A stretch of 64,000 bases of DNA from Candidatus Cloacimonadales bacterium. GTDB lineage: Bacteria; Cloacimonadota; Cloacimonadia; Cloacimonadales; JAIOQZ01. The notes under the pieces are model-generated. The model made no database searches, was not told where the DNA came from, and was given only the letters and a program-made list of their open reading frames with translations. A program made the position numbers and the translations under genes. The stretch covers positions 864,001-928,000 of the forward strand of contig CAXXTU010000002.1 of the NCBI GenBank assembly GCA_963662655.2, read 5' to 3'. This document shows positions 37,400 to 46,769 of the stretch, piece by piece (position 1 is the stretch's first letter; every line of letters begins with the position of its first letter).

Positions 37400-39907
37400 T
37401 TTTTCGATCCGGTAAAGGAAGTTTTCGTAATCTCGGGGAGGATATGTCTTCAGCGTGTCTTCCCCGATTTCTTTTTTCAGACGGCTCAAATGTTTTTCGA
37501 TATCGTAGTTGTCGCGGTAATCCGGTAATTGCGTTGTCTTGCGGAAGAAATACCAGGCCGGCAGGGGCTGATCGTCCATCAGATAGAGCTCCGCGAGCGT
37601 TCGATAGGTCTCGGACAGCAAAGCCTCTTCGTTGTAATCCCAATAGTACTGGAACAGATATTTCCTCGCCTGCGAATAGTCCTTTTCACCATACTTGATC
37701 GCATGGCGCAAGAAGAGCAAATCTCCGGCGTATCGTATCGGGTCATGAACCGCGATGCTATCCAGCGTACTCCAGGCTGCCTTGAACGCCCGCATGTAAA
37801 TCTGATTCTTCGCCACTTTCATCAGGATCGCCGTGGTATCCACGCGGGTCGTGTCGTCGAAGAAGCTGCAATAGATATCGTTTGCCTGCTGATATAGCTT
37901 ATTGTACTCGTAGATACGGGCCAGCGACTCCAGTAAGCTGCGATAGAGCGCGCGATCGAAAACGAGAGTTGAATCCGCCTGTAGCGTGTCGGTATCGGCA
38001 AAAAAGATGTCGAGACTGTCCGATTCGACAACGAGCGAATCGATATCATCCTCGTGCAACTCCGCGATGAGATTCGAGTAAATATCGGATACTTGTTTAA
38101 CATCGAGCCGTAGAGAAATTCTCTCCAGCAGTTCCAGCGCATTCTGCTTCAGGTAATCAGTCTCATCCTTACCGCTATTACCTCTTGCGATGAGGGCCTT
38201 AAGTAACGAGACAGCCCTGGAATCCTTGCCGGAGCCGTAATAAGCGACGGCTTGAAAATAGTGTATGGAGTCCGGATTCCCGATCTGATTCACGAGAAGA
38301 GAATCCGTGAAGGGAATCAATTGATTGTATTCCGCCTGCTCCAGGTAATACGCGATCAAATCGTACGATATTCGCAGGCTGCGCGGGTCTTTGGGATATT
38401 GCGCAATATAGTTACGCAGGAAATCTTCCGTGTTCTCGTACTCTCCAAGCTGGTACTTCGCGTGCTCTTCGCGATAATGGACTTCGCCAGATCCCTCCGT
38501 CTCCATCATTTCGTATAGCGCTTTTGCCTTCTCGTACTGACCGGCCTCGTAGTAGTAGTCGCCAAGGATGCGCGTGTAGCGATCGAACTCCAGCGGAGTC
38601 AGTCGGTTTCGGAATCGTAGCGTCTCCGATTCGAGCGTCTTGTAGTAGCTCAGCGAAACGAGATTGTCGATGTATTGAATCAGGAACTTGTGGTCCAAAT
38701 TCTCGCTGTACCGAGCCATGTTGCGGAAGTATTTTCGCGCGATTTCATGATGCTTCGTGTGGGTGTACAGCGTTGCCAGATTGCGGTTTGCGAGGGAGCC
38801 CCACGGGGCATCCGCGTCGAGGTTCTTCATCCAGTAAAACGCCGAGCTGTTGTACTTGTAGAATCCGTGATAAGCCCAGCCCAGCGCGAAGTTGGCGTAA
38901 TTTTCGGAATGAGACTGAAGCTCACGGAAGCGTTTGAAACTGCCCACTGCGCTCTCATACCTCTTGAAACGGTAGTCCAATTCACCCTTTGCTAGCGACG
39001 ATAGGGCGCTGTTGTAGATGAAGCTCTCCCCCATGCGGCGCATGAACTCGTCCGCTGTCTGATAACGTTTTTGCCGGAACGCGATAAGTGTGCGACAAAG
39101 GTTGCTGCTGTTTGTGTATGGGAGATACAACTCGAGCTGGCTGACCGTATCGTAGCGATTTCGATCTATAAAAAACAGGATGAAGCGTATCAGCGCGTCT
39201 TCGGATAGCACAGAGATATCTTGCGGCAGCCTGGTCTCATTGCCTGTATCGATGGCGATCAACGAAAGGTAATCCGCCGCGATGGTGGGGATGGGCGCGC
39301 TGCTATCACTCGCCAATGCGTCCAGTAATGGAACGGCTTCATCAAATCGATTCTGGAAGTACAGTGCGACAGCCTGGATCAGCTTCGCTTCATCGGGCTC
39401 GAACAAACCGTCCGGCATCACGCTGAGCAGACTCGAGACTTGCTCGAAATTGCCGTTGAGAAACAAGGAGGTGAATATCCGTTTGAGCTCTACCATCTGC
39501 TTGAGGGTATGGAGGCGATCGAATTCCCGGAAGGAGCCTTTTACGTCTTCCAGCTTGCAATCGAGTGCGAAACAGCTTTGCAGGTACCAGTAAATGTAGC
39601 GCGGGAAGAATGTTTCCTGGAATTCACGGGACTGCTGGTGTACGGTGTCGATGTACTCTTGGTATCTCGCGAGGCGGTAAAGGATGTCGAGTTTCAGGAG
39701 AATGTGATACGGCTCTTCGCTGTCGCAATCACGGATGAGTTCATACGCCTCGGAGTACTCCTGGTTTCCCAGCAAACGCGCGGCCTGCTCAAAGCGATCG
39801 GCGCTCAGTTCATCCAGCGAGAGATCGGTTCGATAGCGGTCGTACTGCGCGGCAAAAAGCGATCCGCACATCAACAGCAATATGAGCATTGAACCGATGT
39901 TACGCAT
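37388..39907 (-). CDS. Exported TPR-repeat protein
   Basis: Signal peptide; repeated TPR-like helices (LGDYYYEAGQYEKAKALY). Confidence 0.75.
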   Translation of the reverse strand: MRNIGSMLILLLMCGSLFAAQYDRYRTDLSLDELSADRFEQAARLLGNQEYSEAYELIRDCDSEEPYHILLKLDILYRLARYQEYIDTVHQQSREFQETFFPRYIYWYLQSCFALDCKLEDVKGSFREFDRLHTLKQMVELKRIFTSLFLNGNFEQVSSLLSVMPDGLFEPDEAKLIQAVALYFQNRFDEAVPLLDALASDSSAPIPTIAADYLSLIAIDTGNETRLPQDISVLSEDALIRFILFFIDRNRYDTVSQLELYLPYTNSSNLCRTLIAFRQKRYQTADEFMRRMGESFIYNSALSSLAKGELDYRFKRYESAVGSFKRFRELQSHSENYANFALGWAYHGFYKYNSSAFYWMKNLDADAPWGSLANRNLATLYTHTKHHEIARKYFRNMARYSENLDHKFLIQYIDNLVSLSYYKTLESETLRFRNRLTPLEFDRYTRILGDYYYEAGQYEKAKALYEMMETEGSGEVHYREEHAKYQLGEYENTEDFLRNYIAQYPKDPRSLRISYDLIAYYLEQAEYNQLIPFTDSLLVNQIGNPDSIHYFQAVAYYGSGKDSRAVSLLKALIARGNSGKDETDYLKQNALELLERISLRLDVKQVSDIYSNLIAELHEDDIDSLVVESDSLDIFFADTDTLQADSTLVFDRALYRSLLESLARIYEYNKLYQQANDIYCSFFDDTTRVDTTAILMKVAKNQIYMRAFKAAWSTLDSIAVHDPIRYAGDLLFLRHAIKYGEKDYSQARKYLFQYYWDYNEEALLSETYRTLAELYLMDDQPLPAWYFFRKTTQLPDYRDNYDIEKHLSRLKKEIGEDTLKTYPPRDYENFLYRIEKLLP

Positions 39908-39910
39908 GGT

Positions 39911-40693
39911 TTACGTCCTTTTCTTTTCCTCCGAAGCCAGCAACGCCGCACCATACGCGCCTGTCATCACAGGCTTGGGCGGCGTGAGGAAATCCCTGCC
40001 GAAAACGATCTGTAAGTATTCTTTCAATCCCTGACTCCGAGCCGTACCGCCGGTGAACACAAACTCGGGGGCAAGTGTCAAGCCCGAAGCCATTCCGCGA
40101 ATTCGCCGCGCGATGGAATCGAACACGCCACGGGCGATTTCACCCGGCTTCACGCCCTTCGCCAGGAGACCGATGATTTCCGACTCTGCAAACACAACGC
40201 AGGTGTTGTTCACCTCGACGAGACTCTCCTCCCGCATTGCCAGATCGGAGAGTTTCTCCACATCCGTTTCGAGAATGATGGAAACGGTTTCGAGAAAACG
40301 CCCCGTACCCGCTGCACAGCGGTCGTTCATCGTGAAATCGACCACGTTGCCCGATTCGTCCAGCACAATCGCCTTGGAATCCTGGCCGCCGATGTCGATG
40401 ATACTCCTCGCCTGTGGGTATAACCAGCGAACGCCCCTTGCGTGACATCCGATCTCCGACACCGCTTTTCCCGCAAATGCGCTTTTCCGACCATAGCCGG
40501 TCACGAAAACGCGCTCGATGTCCGATTCGACGAGGCCCAGCGCTCCCAGCGCCGTCTCGAAGAGGGATCCGGCGCTGCGCGTGTGGACGGCTCCCGTGTC
40601 GGTGTAGTCTTCGAAGATAAATTGCTTCCGGCTCGCATCAAATACGGCGAGCTTCGTCGTTCGGGAACCGGAGTCTATTCCAACGGTAATCAT
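39911..40693 (-). CDS. 2-hydroxyacyl-CoA dehydratase activator (ASKHA ATPase, 4Fe-4S)
   Basis: GIDSGSRTTK, TGYGR, DIGGQDSK, MNDRCAAGTGRF, CVVFAESE. Confidence 0.93.
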   Translation of the reverse strand: MITVGIDSGSRTTKLAVFDASRKQFIFEDYTDTGAVHTRSAGSLFETALGALGLVESDIERVFVTGYGRKSAFAGKAVSEIGCHARGVRWLYPQARSIIDIGGQDSKAIVLDESGNVVDFTMNDRCAAGTGRFLETVSIILETDVEKLSDLAMREESLVEVNNTCVVFAESEIIGLLAKGVKPGEIARGVFDSIARRIRGMASGLTLAPEFVFTGGTARSQGLKEYLQIVFGRDFLTPPKPVMTGAYGAALLASEEKKRT

Positions 40694-40696
40694 AAT

Positions 40697-43225
40697 CTAC
40701 GATAGTATATGCGTGAAGTAGTTTTCATCCACGAAGTACTCTTCTGAAACTTCGCGAATATCTTCGAGCGTGACTTTCTCGAGACGCTCGTCGCGTTTCA
40801 GATAGTACTCGTAGCCGAGTCCGAGCGATTCGAGCAAAGAGATCGATGTCGCCTGATGCAGCACGCTTTCTTCGTCCTGCAAGCGATTCCCGCGTATGGC
40901 GTTTTTGGCGATTTCGAGTTCCTCTGCGCTGATCGAATCCGTTTTGCACTGCTGCAAGACGTCGCGGATAACCTGCACGCTGTCCTTCTCGCCGTCCTGG
41001 TTGACCATCGCCCACGCCCGGAAGAATCCGAGCTGTTCCAGGGCCTGGAAGTCAAAATCCACCGAATAAGCCAGTCCGCGCTTCTCGCGCAGCTCGAAGT
41101 ACAGCCGTGAATTCAGATCGCCTCCGAGAATCTGCGATAGCACGTAAAACGTGGTGTTCTTGCGCTTGTCCTCGTACTTGCATCCGAAACCGCCAAGCTG
41201 AATGATAGACTGATCCATCCCCATTTTCTTCCTGCGCAATCTTGTTTCGGAAGAGGCGATGAATACCTCTTGCTTTTCGGTCTGTATCTTGTCCATCGAA
41301 GGCAGTGTCAGCGTTTTTTCCAGGTAGGCAATCGTCTCGTCCTCGGGGAAGTCACCGACAATCGCGACCACCATGTTGTCCGGCCGGTAGTAGGTGTTGT
41401 ACCACTCGACGATCCGCTTGCGCGAGATGTCGCGCAGGTCCTTGATCCTGCCGTAACGGTGCAGAAGATTGCTGTGATTTCCGAAAATCATCTCTTTCCA
41501 GAGCTTGCTGGCGTATTGCTGCGGATGGTCCTTGATGCGGTTCAGCGAGCTGATTACCGTGTTGCGGATGTTGTTGAGATGGCTGCTCGGAAAAAGCGGC
41601 GTCTTAAGGACATCCGCAAGAAGGTCTATGGCGGTGAAAAGTTTGTCTTCAAAGCACTTGCAGCGAATGGTCGTGGATTCGAGGTGATTCGACACGCCCA
41701 GTACGATGCCCTGATCGGAGCAGTACTGCAACATCTGATTGTAGTTGCGTCGCTCGTTTCCGTGAAGCAGCAACGTCGAGGTGAGCTGATTGATCCCCCG
41801 GTTCCCTTCCCGCTCGTTCAATTGGGAGACGTTCACTCCGACCGCGAGCCCAATGGTGGGCTTGCCGGTAACCCGCTTCAAGCAAACCTTCATTCCGCTG
41901 GAAAGATTCGTGATGACGCAGTCTTCCTTGTACTCGATCTTCGGCGAGATCGACGGCGTTTCCCTGGGGAGGACGTTCTTTTTGTGCAAGAGCTCCGATC
42001 CCATGTAGAATATCTGCATGACGTCCGGATAGAGGTATTTGCGAATAACGCGCCTCGTATCGGAGGCGGTGACGCGTGAGATGATCTCGGGCGTCTTGAC
42101 GAATCCCTCCCAACCGATGGTGAGTTCGTCGCTTCCCAGGCTCATTCCAAGCGATTCCGCGTATTCTCCCGTGTATCGATGCTGATGCAGGCTTTCGGTC
42201 TTGACCCGGTCCAGCTCGTCGCTCTTGAGACCGAATTGATAGAGCTCATTCAGCTCTTCGCGAACAATCCAGATGATGCGATAAGGATCGCTACCCTTCT
42301 TGGGATTCATCATGAGGATGGCCATGCCGTCGTAGACTCCGCTGAAAGAGTGGAGCCTCATTCCGTCGATGAGCTTTTCCTGCTCGAAGAGGCGCTGATA
42401 CAGCCGCGAGTTCTTTCCCTGTGCCAGCGCTTTCACCGCCATGTTGTAGGCGTTAAAGTCCTCGTTGGCATCCGAGAAATCCGGTATCGTGAAAGCCAGG
42501 AAACCGTTTGCCAGCTTGCGCTTGTATTGCTTGAATCCAGGCTTCTGGGGCAATGGATCGATGGGCAGCATCGCATGACTGACCTTTCCAGGTTTCCACT
42601 CGCTGAAGAAGCCGCCTGCCATCTCCGTAAACTCGGCGATATTGAAATCGCCGCAAGCAACCACGTAGGCGTTGTTGGGCACGTACCACTTGTGGTAGAA
42701 AAGCATCAGGTCTTCGTATGTCGCCTTGTACAGTGTATCCTCGTACCCGATGATCGGGTGTCGGAGGGGGTTGATCTCGAAATAGTCCAGGGGAATCTGC
42801 TCCAGGAAGAATTCCTCCGGATCGTTGCGATACTGCTTCAGTTCCTCAAGCACCACCTTGCGCTCGGCTTCGAAATCCTCGCGCGAGAATCTCGTCTGGC
42901 AGACGAGTTCGGAGAGGATATGGAGCCCCTCTTTCGTGAAGCGCGAGGGAAGCGTAATGAAGAAGCAAGTCGAGTCGTGCTCGGTATACGCGTTGAGGGT
43001 TCCACCGTAGAAGGAGGCTTTTTCGGCGATGTTGTTGTCGGGGAAATCCCGCGTCGATTTGAACACGAGGTGCTCCAGGAAATGGGAGAATCCCGCTTCC
43101 TCGGGCTTTTCCCAGCAGGAACCCACGCGCACAAAAACCATGAGACTGATCAGCGGATTCGCGTGGGATTCCGACATGATCATGTTCAAACCGTTAGGCA
43201 TTCTATTCGTTTCGATTTTGTACAT
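40697..43225 (-). CDS. M16 (pitrilysin-family) zinc peptidase, two-half fusion
   Basis: Inverted zinc motif HFLEH, NAYT, SRLYFELREKRGLAYSV. Confidence 0.93.
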   Translation of the reverse strand: MYKIETNRMPNGLNMIMSESHANPLISLMVFVRVGSCWEKPEEAGFSHFLEHLVFKSTRDFPDNNIAEKASFYGGTLNAYTEHDSTCFFITLPSRFTKEGLHILSELVCQTRFSREDFEAERKVVLEELKQYRNDPEEFFLEQIPLDYFEINPLRHPIIGYEDTLYKATYEDLMLFYHKWYVPNNAYVVACGDFNIAEFTEMAGGFFSEWKPGKVSHAMLPIDPLPQKPGFKQYKRKLANGFLAFTIPDFSDANEDFNAYNMAVKALAQGKNSRLYQRLFEQEKLIDGMRLHSFSGVYDGMAILMMNPKKGSDPYRIIWIVREELNELYQFGLKSDELDRVKTESLHQHRYTGEYAESLGMSLGSDELTIGWEGFVKTPEIISRVTASDTRRVIRKYLYPDVMQIFYMGSELLHKKNVLPRETPSISPKIEYKEDCVITNLSSGMKVCLKRVTGKPTIGLAVGVNVSQLNEREGNRGINQLTSTLLLHGNERRNYNQMLQYCSDQGIVLGVSNHLESTTIRCKCFEDKLFTAIDLLADVLKTPLFPSSHLNNIRNTVISSLNRIKDHPQQYASKLWKEMIFGNHSNLLHRYGRIKDLRDISRKRIVEWYNTYYRPDNMVVAIVGDFPEDETIAYLEKTLTLPSMDKIQTEKQEVFIASSETRLRRKKMGMDQSIIQLGGFGCKYEDKRKNTTFYVLSQILGGDLNSRLYFELREKRGLAYSVDFDFQALEQLGFFRAWAMVNQDGEKDSVQVIRDVLQQCKTDSISAEELEIAKNAIRGNRLQDEESVLHQATSISLLESLGLGYEYYLKRDERLEKVTLEDIREVSEEYFVDENYFTHILS

Positions 43226-43243
43226 CGTATCTCCGTATGTGAT

Positions 43244-44026
43244 TTACCTTTCCAGACGCCGCTCCACAAACGCATACGCATTGTGGTTGTGTATGGATTC
43301 CATGTTTTCCGCTTCCACTCTGAAATACGTGATCCGCTCGTCGCTCTGCAGCTTCAGCGTCATCTCTCGAATGACATCCTCCACGAAGCGTGGATTGTCG
43401 AAGGCCTTCTCGGTCACGTACTTCTCGTCGACTCGCTTGAGCAGGGAAAAAATCTCGCAACTCGCAGCCGATTCCGCGTACTCGATCAGCTCTTCCAGCC
43501 ATATAAAGTCCTGGTAGGAAACCTTGATTCTAATCATAGAGCGCTGATTGTGAGCGCCGTATTCGCTGATCTCCTTCGAGCAGGGACACAACGTCGTTAC
43601 GGGAACCTCCACGCCGATCATGAGCTCGTAACCCTCCTTGCAGGAGGCCTCGAAGATGCACCGGTACGAGAGCAGCGATTCGATTCCCGATACGGGAGCT
43701 TTCTTGCGCACGAAGTACGGGAAACGGATCTTCGTGAAGGCGGCCTTCGCGTTGAGGGATTCCTTGATATCCTCGAGGAACGGCTTCAAATCGTTGATGA
43801 ACGTCTCTTCGTGGTAGCGGTTGAGCACTTCGATGAAGCGACTCATGTGCGTTCCGCGCTCCGTGTGCGGAAGCTGTACGTAAATGTCCAGATCGGCCGT
43901 CGTATGCTGAATCCGGTTGCTGCGATCCTCAACCACGATGGGGTACTGTATGTTCTTCACGCCAACGCGGTCGATGGTCACGTTGCGTGTATCTGTCTGA
44001 CTCTGAATGTCCGTCTTATTGTCCAT
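43244..44026 (-). CDS. folE2: GTP cyclohydrolase IB
   Basis: GTHMSRF, TTLCPCSKEIS.YGAHNQR, NPRFVED, ESIHNHNAYA. Confidence 0.97.
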   Translation of the reverse strand: MDNKTDIQSQTDTRNVTIDRVGVKNIQYPIVVEDRSNRIQHTTADLDIYVQLPHTERGTHMSRFIEVLNRYHEETFINDLKPFLEDIKESLNAKAAFTKIRFPYFVRKKAPVSGIESLLSYRCIFEASCKEGYELMIGVEVPVTTLCPCSKEISEYGAHNQRSMIRIKVSYQDFIWLEELIEYAESAASCEIFSLLKRVDEKYVTEKAFDNPRFVEDVIREMTLKLQSDERITYFRVEAENMESIHNHNAYAFVERRLER

Positions 44027-45032
44027 CTTCCGATTCCAGCAATTCTTTCACGCCGATGGTCTTCATGGAGATGATCTCGTCGCCGTCCTGGTAGTAGATA
44101 ATCGCGTTGATCTGCTCTCCGTCACGCTTCTCGTTGCATGACTTCGCCAGCTCGATCGCGTTTTCCGGTTCCAGCAGGAACATCGCGGTCGAGAGCGCGT
44201 CGGCGAGCGTAGCATTGGGAGCGATAACCGTCACGGAAATCGTATTTTGCGCAGGGAAACCGGTCTTGGGATTGATGATGTGATGATAGCGGACGCTGTC
44301 TTGAATGAAGAAGCGCTCGTAATCGCCGGAGGTAACCACAGCGCAGTTATCCAGATTGAGTATGGCGATCACATCCTCGCGGTCGCGCGGGTGACGTATC
44401 CCGACTCGCATTTTGCCGGTATCGCCGAAATAGCGGATATCGCCGCCGGCATTGATGTAGCCGGAGACAACGTCATGCTTCTGCAGGTATTCGACGGCAC
44501 GGTCGATGATGTAACCCTTGGCGACGCTTCCGAGGTTGATCTTGAAGCTGGCCGGCTTCGTGAGAATCTGCCCGTCCAGGTTGATTTTATCGAATCCGAC
44601 CTGACTCATGGCCTGAATAAGTGTCGCCGAATCGGGAACGATCTTCTGCTCGAAATCCCAGAGGTCGCTCAGCGCTCCGATGGAAAGGTCGTAGAGCGAA
44701 TCCGTTTTCGCATAGAGCCTTGCGCCCAACTCAAGCATGGACACGACGTCCGGCGATACGGTGAAAGCGTTTGTGTCCGCGCGATTCATCTCATATATTT
44801 CACTGCCCTCCTTGTAGTACGAGAGACGCTCTTCGTACCGGCTCATCAAAGCGAAGGCGCTGTCGACGAGCGCGTCAGCGTCTTTCGAGCAGGTTTCGAT
44901 CGATATCTCGACGAAGGTATCCAGCAGGATTTCAGATTTTTTTGTCTCGTAAGTTCTCGTCGTATACCGCCATGCCGCGAAGGCTATGACCAATATCAAC
45001 AGGGTCAACTGAAGTATTTCTTTACGTTTCAT
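44016..45032 (-). CDS. apbE: FAD:protein FMN transferase
   Basis: LGSVAKGY, NAGGDI, TSGDYERF, HHIINPKTG, ADALSTA. Confidence 0.95.
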   Translation of the reverse strand: MKRKEILQLTLLILVIAFAAWRYTTRTYETKKSEILLDTFVEISIETCSKDADALVDSAFALMSRYEERLSYYKEGSEIYEMNRADTNAFTVSPDVVSMLELGARLYAKTDSLYDLSIGALSDLWDFEQKIVPDSATLIQAMSQVGFDKINLDGQILTKPASFKINLGSVAKGYIIDRAVEYLQKHDVVSGYINAGGDIRYFGDTGKMRVGIRHPRDREDVIAILNLDNCAVVTSGDYERFFIQDSVRYHHIINPKTGFPAQNTISVTVIAPNATLADALSTAMFLLEPENAIELAKSCNEKRDGEQINAIIYYQDGDEIISMKTIGVKELLESEDGQ

Positions 45033-45268
45033 ACCTTTCCTCGTTCAATAATTACATTTACCATAGTTTGTAAGAAAATTATATCGGCGATAATTGTCAA
45101 TGCTTTGTTGGCTGAATCGTAAATCGCGGACGAATAAAAGGTTAATGGCAGGTTGCTATCGTTGCATCAAGATAAATCGAAGCAACGGGAATTTATGCCT
45201 TATTTGATTTATTTTCAATATTTTAGAGTGATAATTGTAATTCATAGGATGATATATATTCACTCATC

Positions 45269-45988
45269 TTACTTATTAGCAGCATATATACGCTTGAGCT
45301 CGGCGATACTTGGCTCTTCCATATCGATCACCGTGAACCCCGATCCGATATCCTTGAGGTAGTGCGCGTCGGAGTTGCGAATCAGGGGATATCTCGCCGC
45401 CATTGGGAAAGCTGCGAGGAATTCATCGTCGTTGCATTTGGCGGTTATACCCAGCGCTTTGATGAGTGGATTGGGCGGAATGAATCCAAGCTGGCTAATC
45501 AGGCTGTAGGTGGTCGCGTTGACATGCGCGGGGAAGCCGAAACCGCCATGATCGTCGATCGATTGTAAGGTCTGATCGAGGTCCCACATGACGGAGTTCA
45601 GAAGCGCTTTTTCCTCGCATCGGACGATGTTCTCTTCGTCGTCCACCACCACCTGATCGCCAAAGTAGTCGGGATCGTTGGGGATTGGCGGAAGCGCTTC
45701 GTACAACTCCCGATCGAAGCTCATCGCCTTCTCCTCGTCGTCGAAGAGCCCGATGACGTGAATCTCTTCCATCGTCTGGATCTCCACGCCCCAGAAGCAA
45801 AATATACCCGCTTTCTCCGCGACGCGATGAAAGACGGAACTGTTCGCCATGGTGTTGTGATCCGTGATGGCAATGACGTCGAGCTTTTCTTCGCAAGCGC
45901 GCTTAATCACGGCTGTCGGAGACATTTCGAGCGAGCCGCAGGGCGAAAGGACGGAATGGATGTGGAGATCACACTTCCATTGTCTCAA
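45269..45988 (-). CDS. PHP-domain phosphoesterase, hydrogenase-cluster type
   Basis: DLHIHSVLSPC, ITDHN, NSDAHYL. Confidence 0.9.
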   Translation of the reverse strand: MRQWKCDLHIHSVLSPCGSLEMSPTAVIKRACEEKLDVIAITDHNTMANSSVFHRVAEKAGIFCFWGVEIQTMEEIHVIGLFDDEEKAMSFDRELYEALPPIPNDPDYFGDQVVVDDEENIVRCEEKALLNSVMWDLDQTLQSIDDHGGFGFPAHVNATTYSLISQLGFIPPNPLIKALGITAKCNDDEFLAAFPMAARYPLIRNSDAHYLKDIGSGFTVIDMEEPSIAELKRIYAANK

Positions 45989-46347
45989 GAAGTGGGCTCC
46001 AGCTTCAATTCCCGGTAGAGCAGTCCCGAAATCTCAAATGTCGTGAGCGGACTCACGATGAGCGCAATACCCTCTTGTTGGGCTTTATCGATGATGGCGG
46101 CTTCCGGCTTGAGGTTCCTGGCGAACACGATGGCGGGAATTCCGGCCAGGGACGCAACCGCGATCACGTTGAGGTGCCGCATGATGGTTATCCAGAGCTG
46201 CCCGTCTTTCGCGTTGCCCATCACATCGCTAAGGAGATCCGAGACGTATCCACCGGTTATCGCGATGTTCTCCATCTCGTCGCTGGGAGTAATAAGCTCC
46301 CCCTGTATGATTTCCGTGAATTTTACAAGGTCAAGTTTCATAGTCAT
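45985..46347 (-). CDS. DRTGG-domain protein
   Basis: GGYVSDLLSDVM...WITIM.HLNVIAVA. Confidence 0.85.
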   Translation of the reverse strand: MTMKLDLVKFTEIIQGELITPSDEMENIAITGGYVSDLLSDVMGNAKDGQLWITIMRHLNVIAVASLAGIPAIVFARNLKPEAAIIDKAQQEGIALIVSPLTTFEISGLLYRELKLEPTS

Positions 46348-46582
46348 TCACTCCAATTTTGTTATTCTGTTATTTGCAGGTGATACTATCTGGAGAGCAA
46401 AATCCATGTAAATAAAAAAAGCAATCTTTTTCGGTTATTACAAACATGGCAGCGGATGCAACGTAGAAATTGTCGTCCGATGCTCCACGCTTATCTTGAA
46501 AAATGAACAGAGTTAAACGATTCGTGAATGAAACCGCGACTTCAAGCAATTCGAGAAAGCTATAACAACAGGAAATTATCCA

Positions 46583-46611
46583 TTGACAACTGGCTTCAAA
46601 TTTCTTATCTT
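46583..46611 (+). promoter_or_regulatory. Putative sigma70 promoter of the signalling cassette
   Basis: TTGACA-17 nt-TATCTT. Confidence 0.6.
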
Positions 46612-46769
46612 ACCATTTGAAATGATGTAACTTACGCATTATATAAATGAGATGCGGAACTCATTGTGGGAGTTGCTGTTGTGGTTGCAGTACACTAATG
46701 GAGTATCTATGCTTTGAGCTCAAATCGCTACTGCCGGTTGTTTTCAATTCCCCAAGACAGGAGAAAAAC

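Noticed and set aside
42179..44074. 631-aa plus-strand ORF, and similar long ORFs at 14749, 21573, 44247 and 61984
   Set aside because: Antisense shadows of well-supported minus-strand genes; no recognisable motifs.
46647..46769. Cys-rich N-terminus MRCGTHCGSCCCGC on the hybrid kinase
   Set aside because: A better RBS and start lie at 46770/46779, where the receiver domain begins; the extension looks like open leader sequence.
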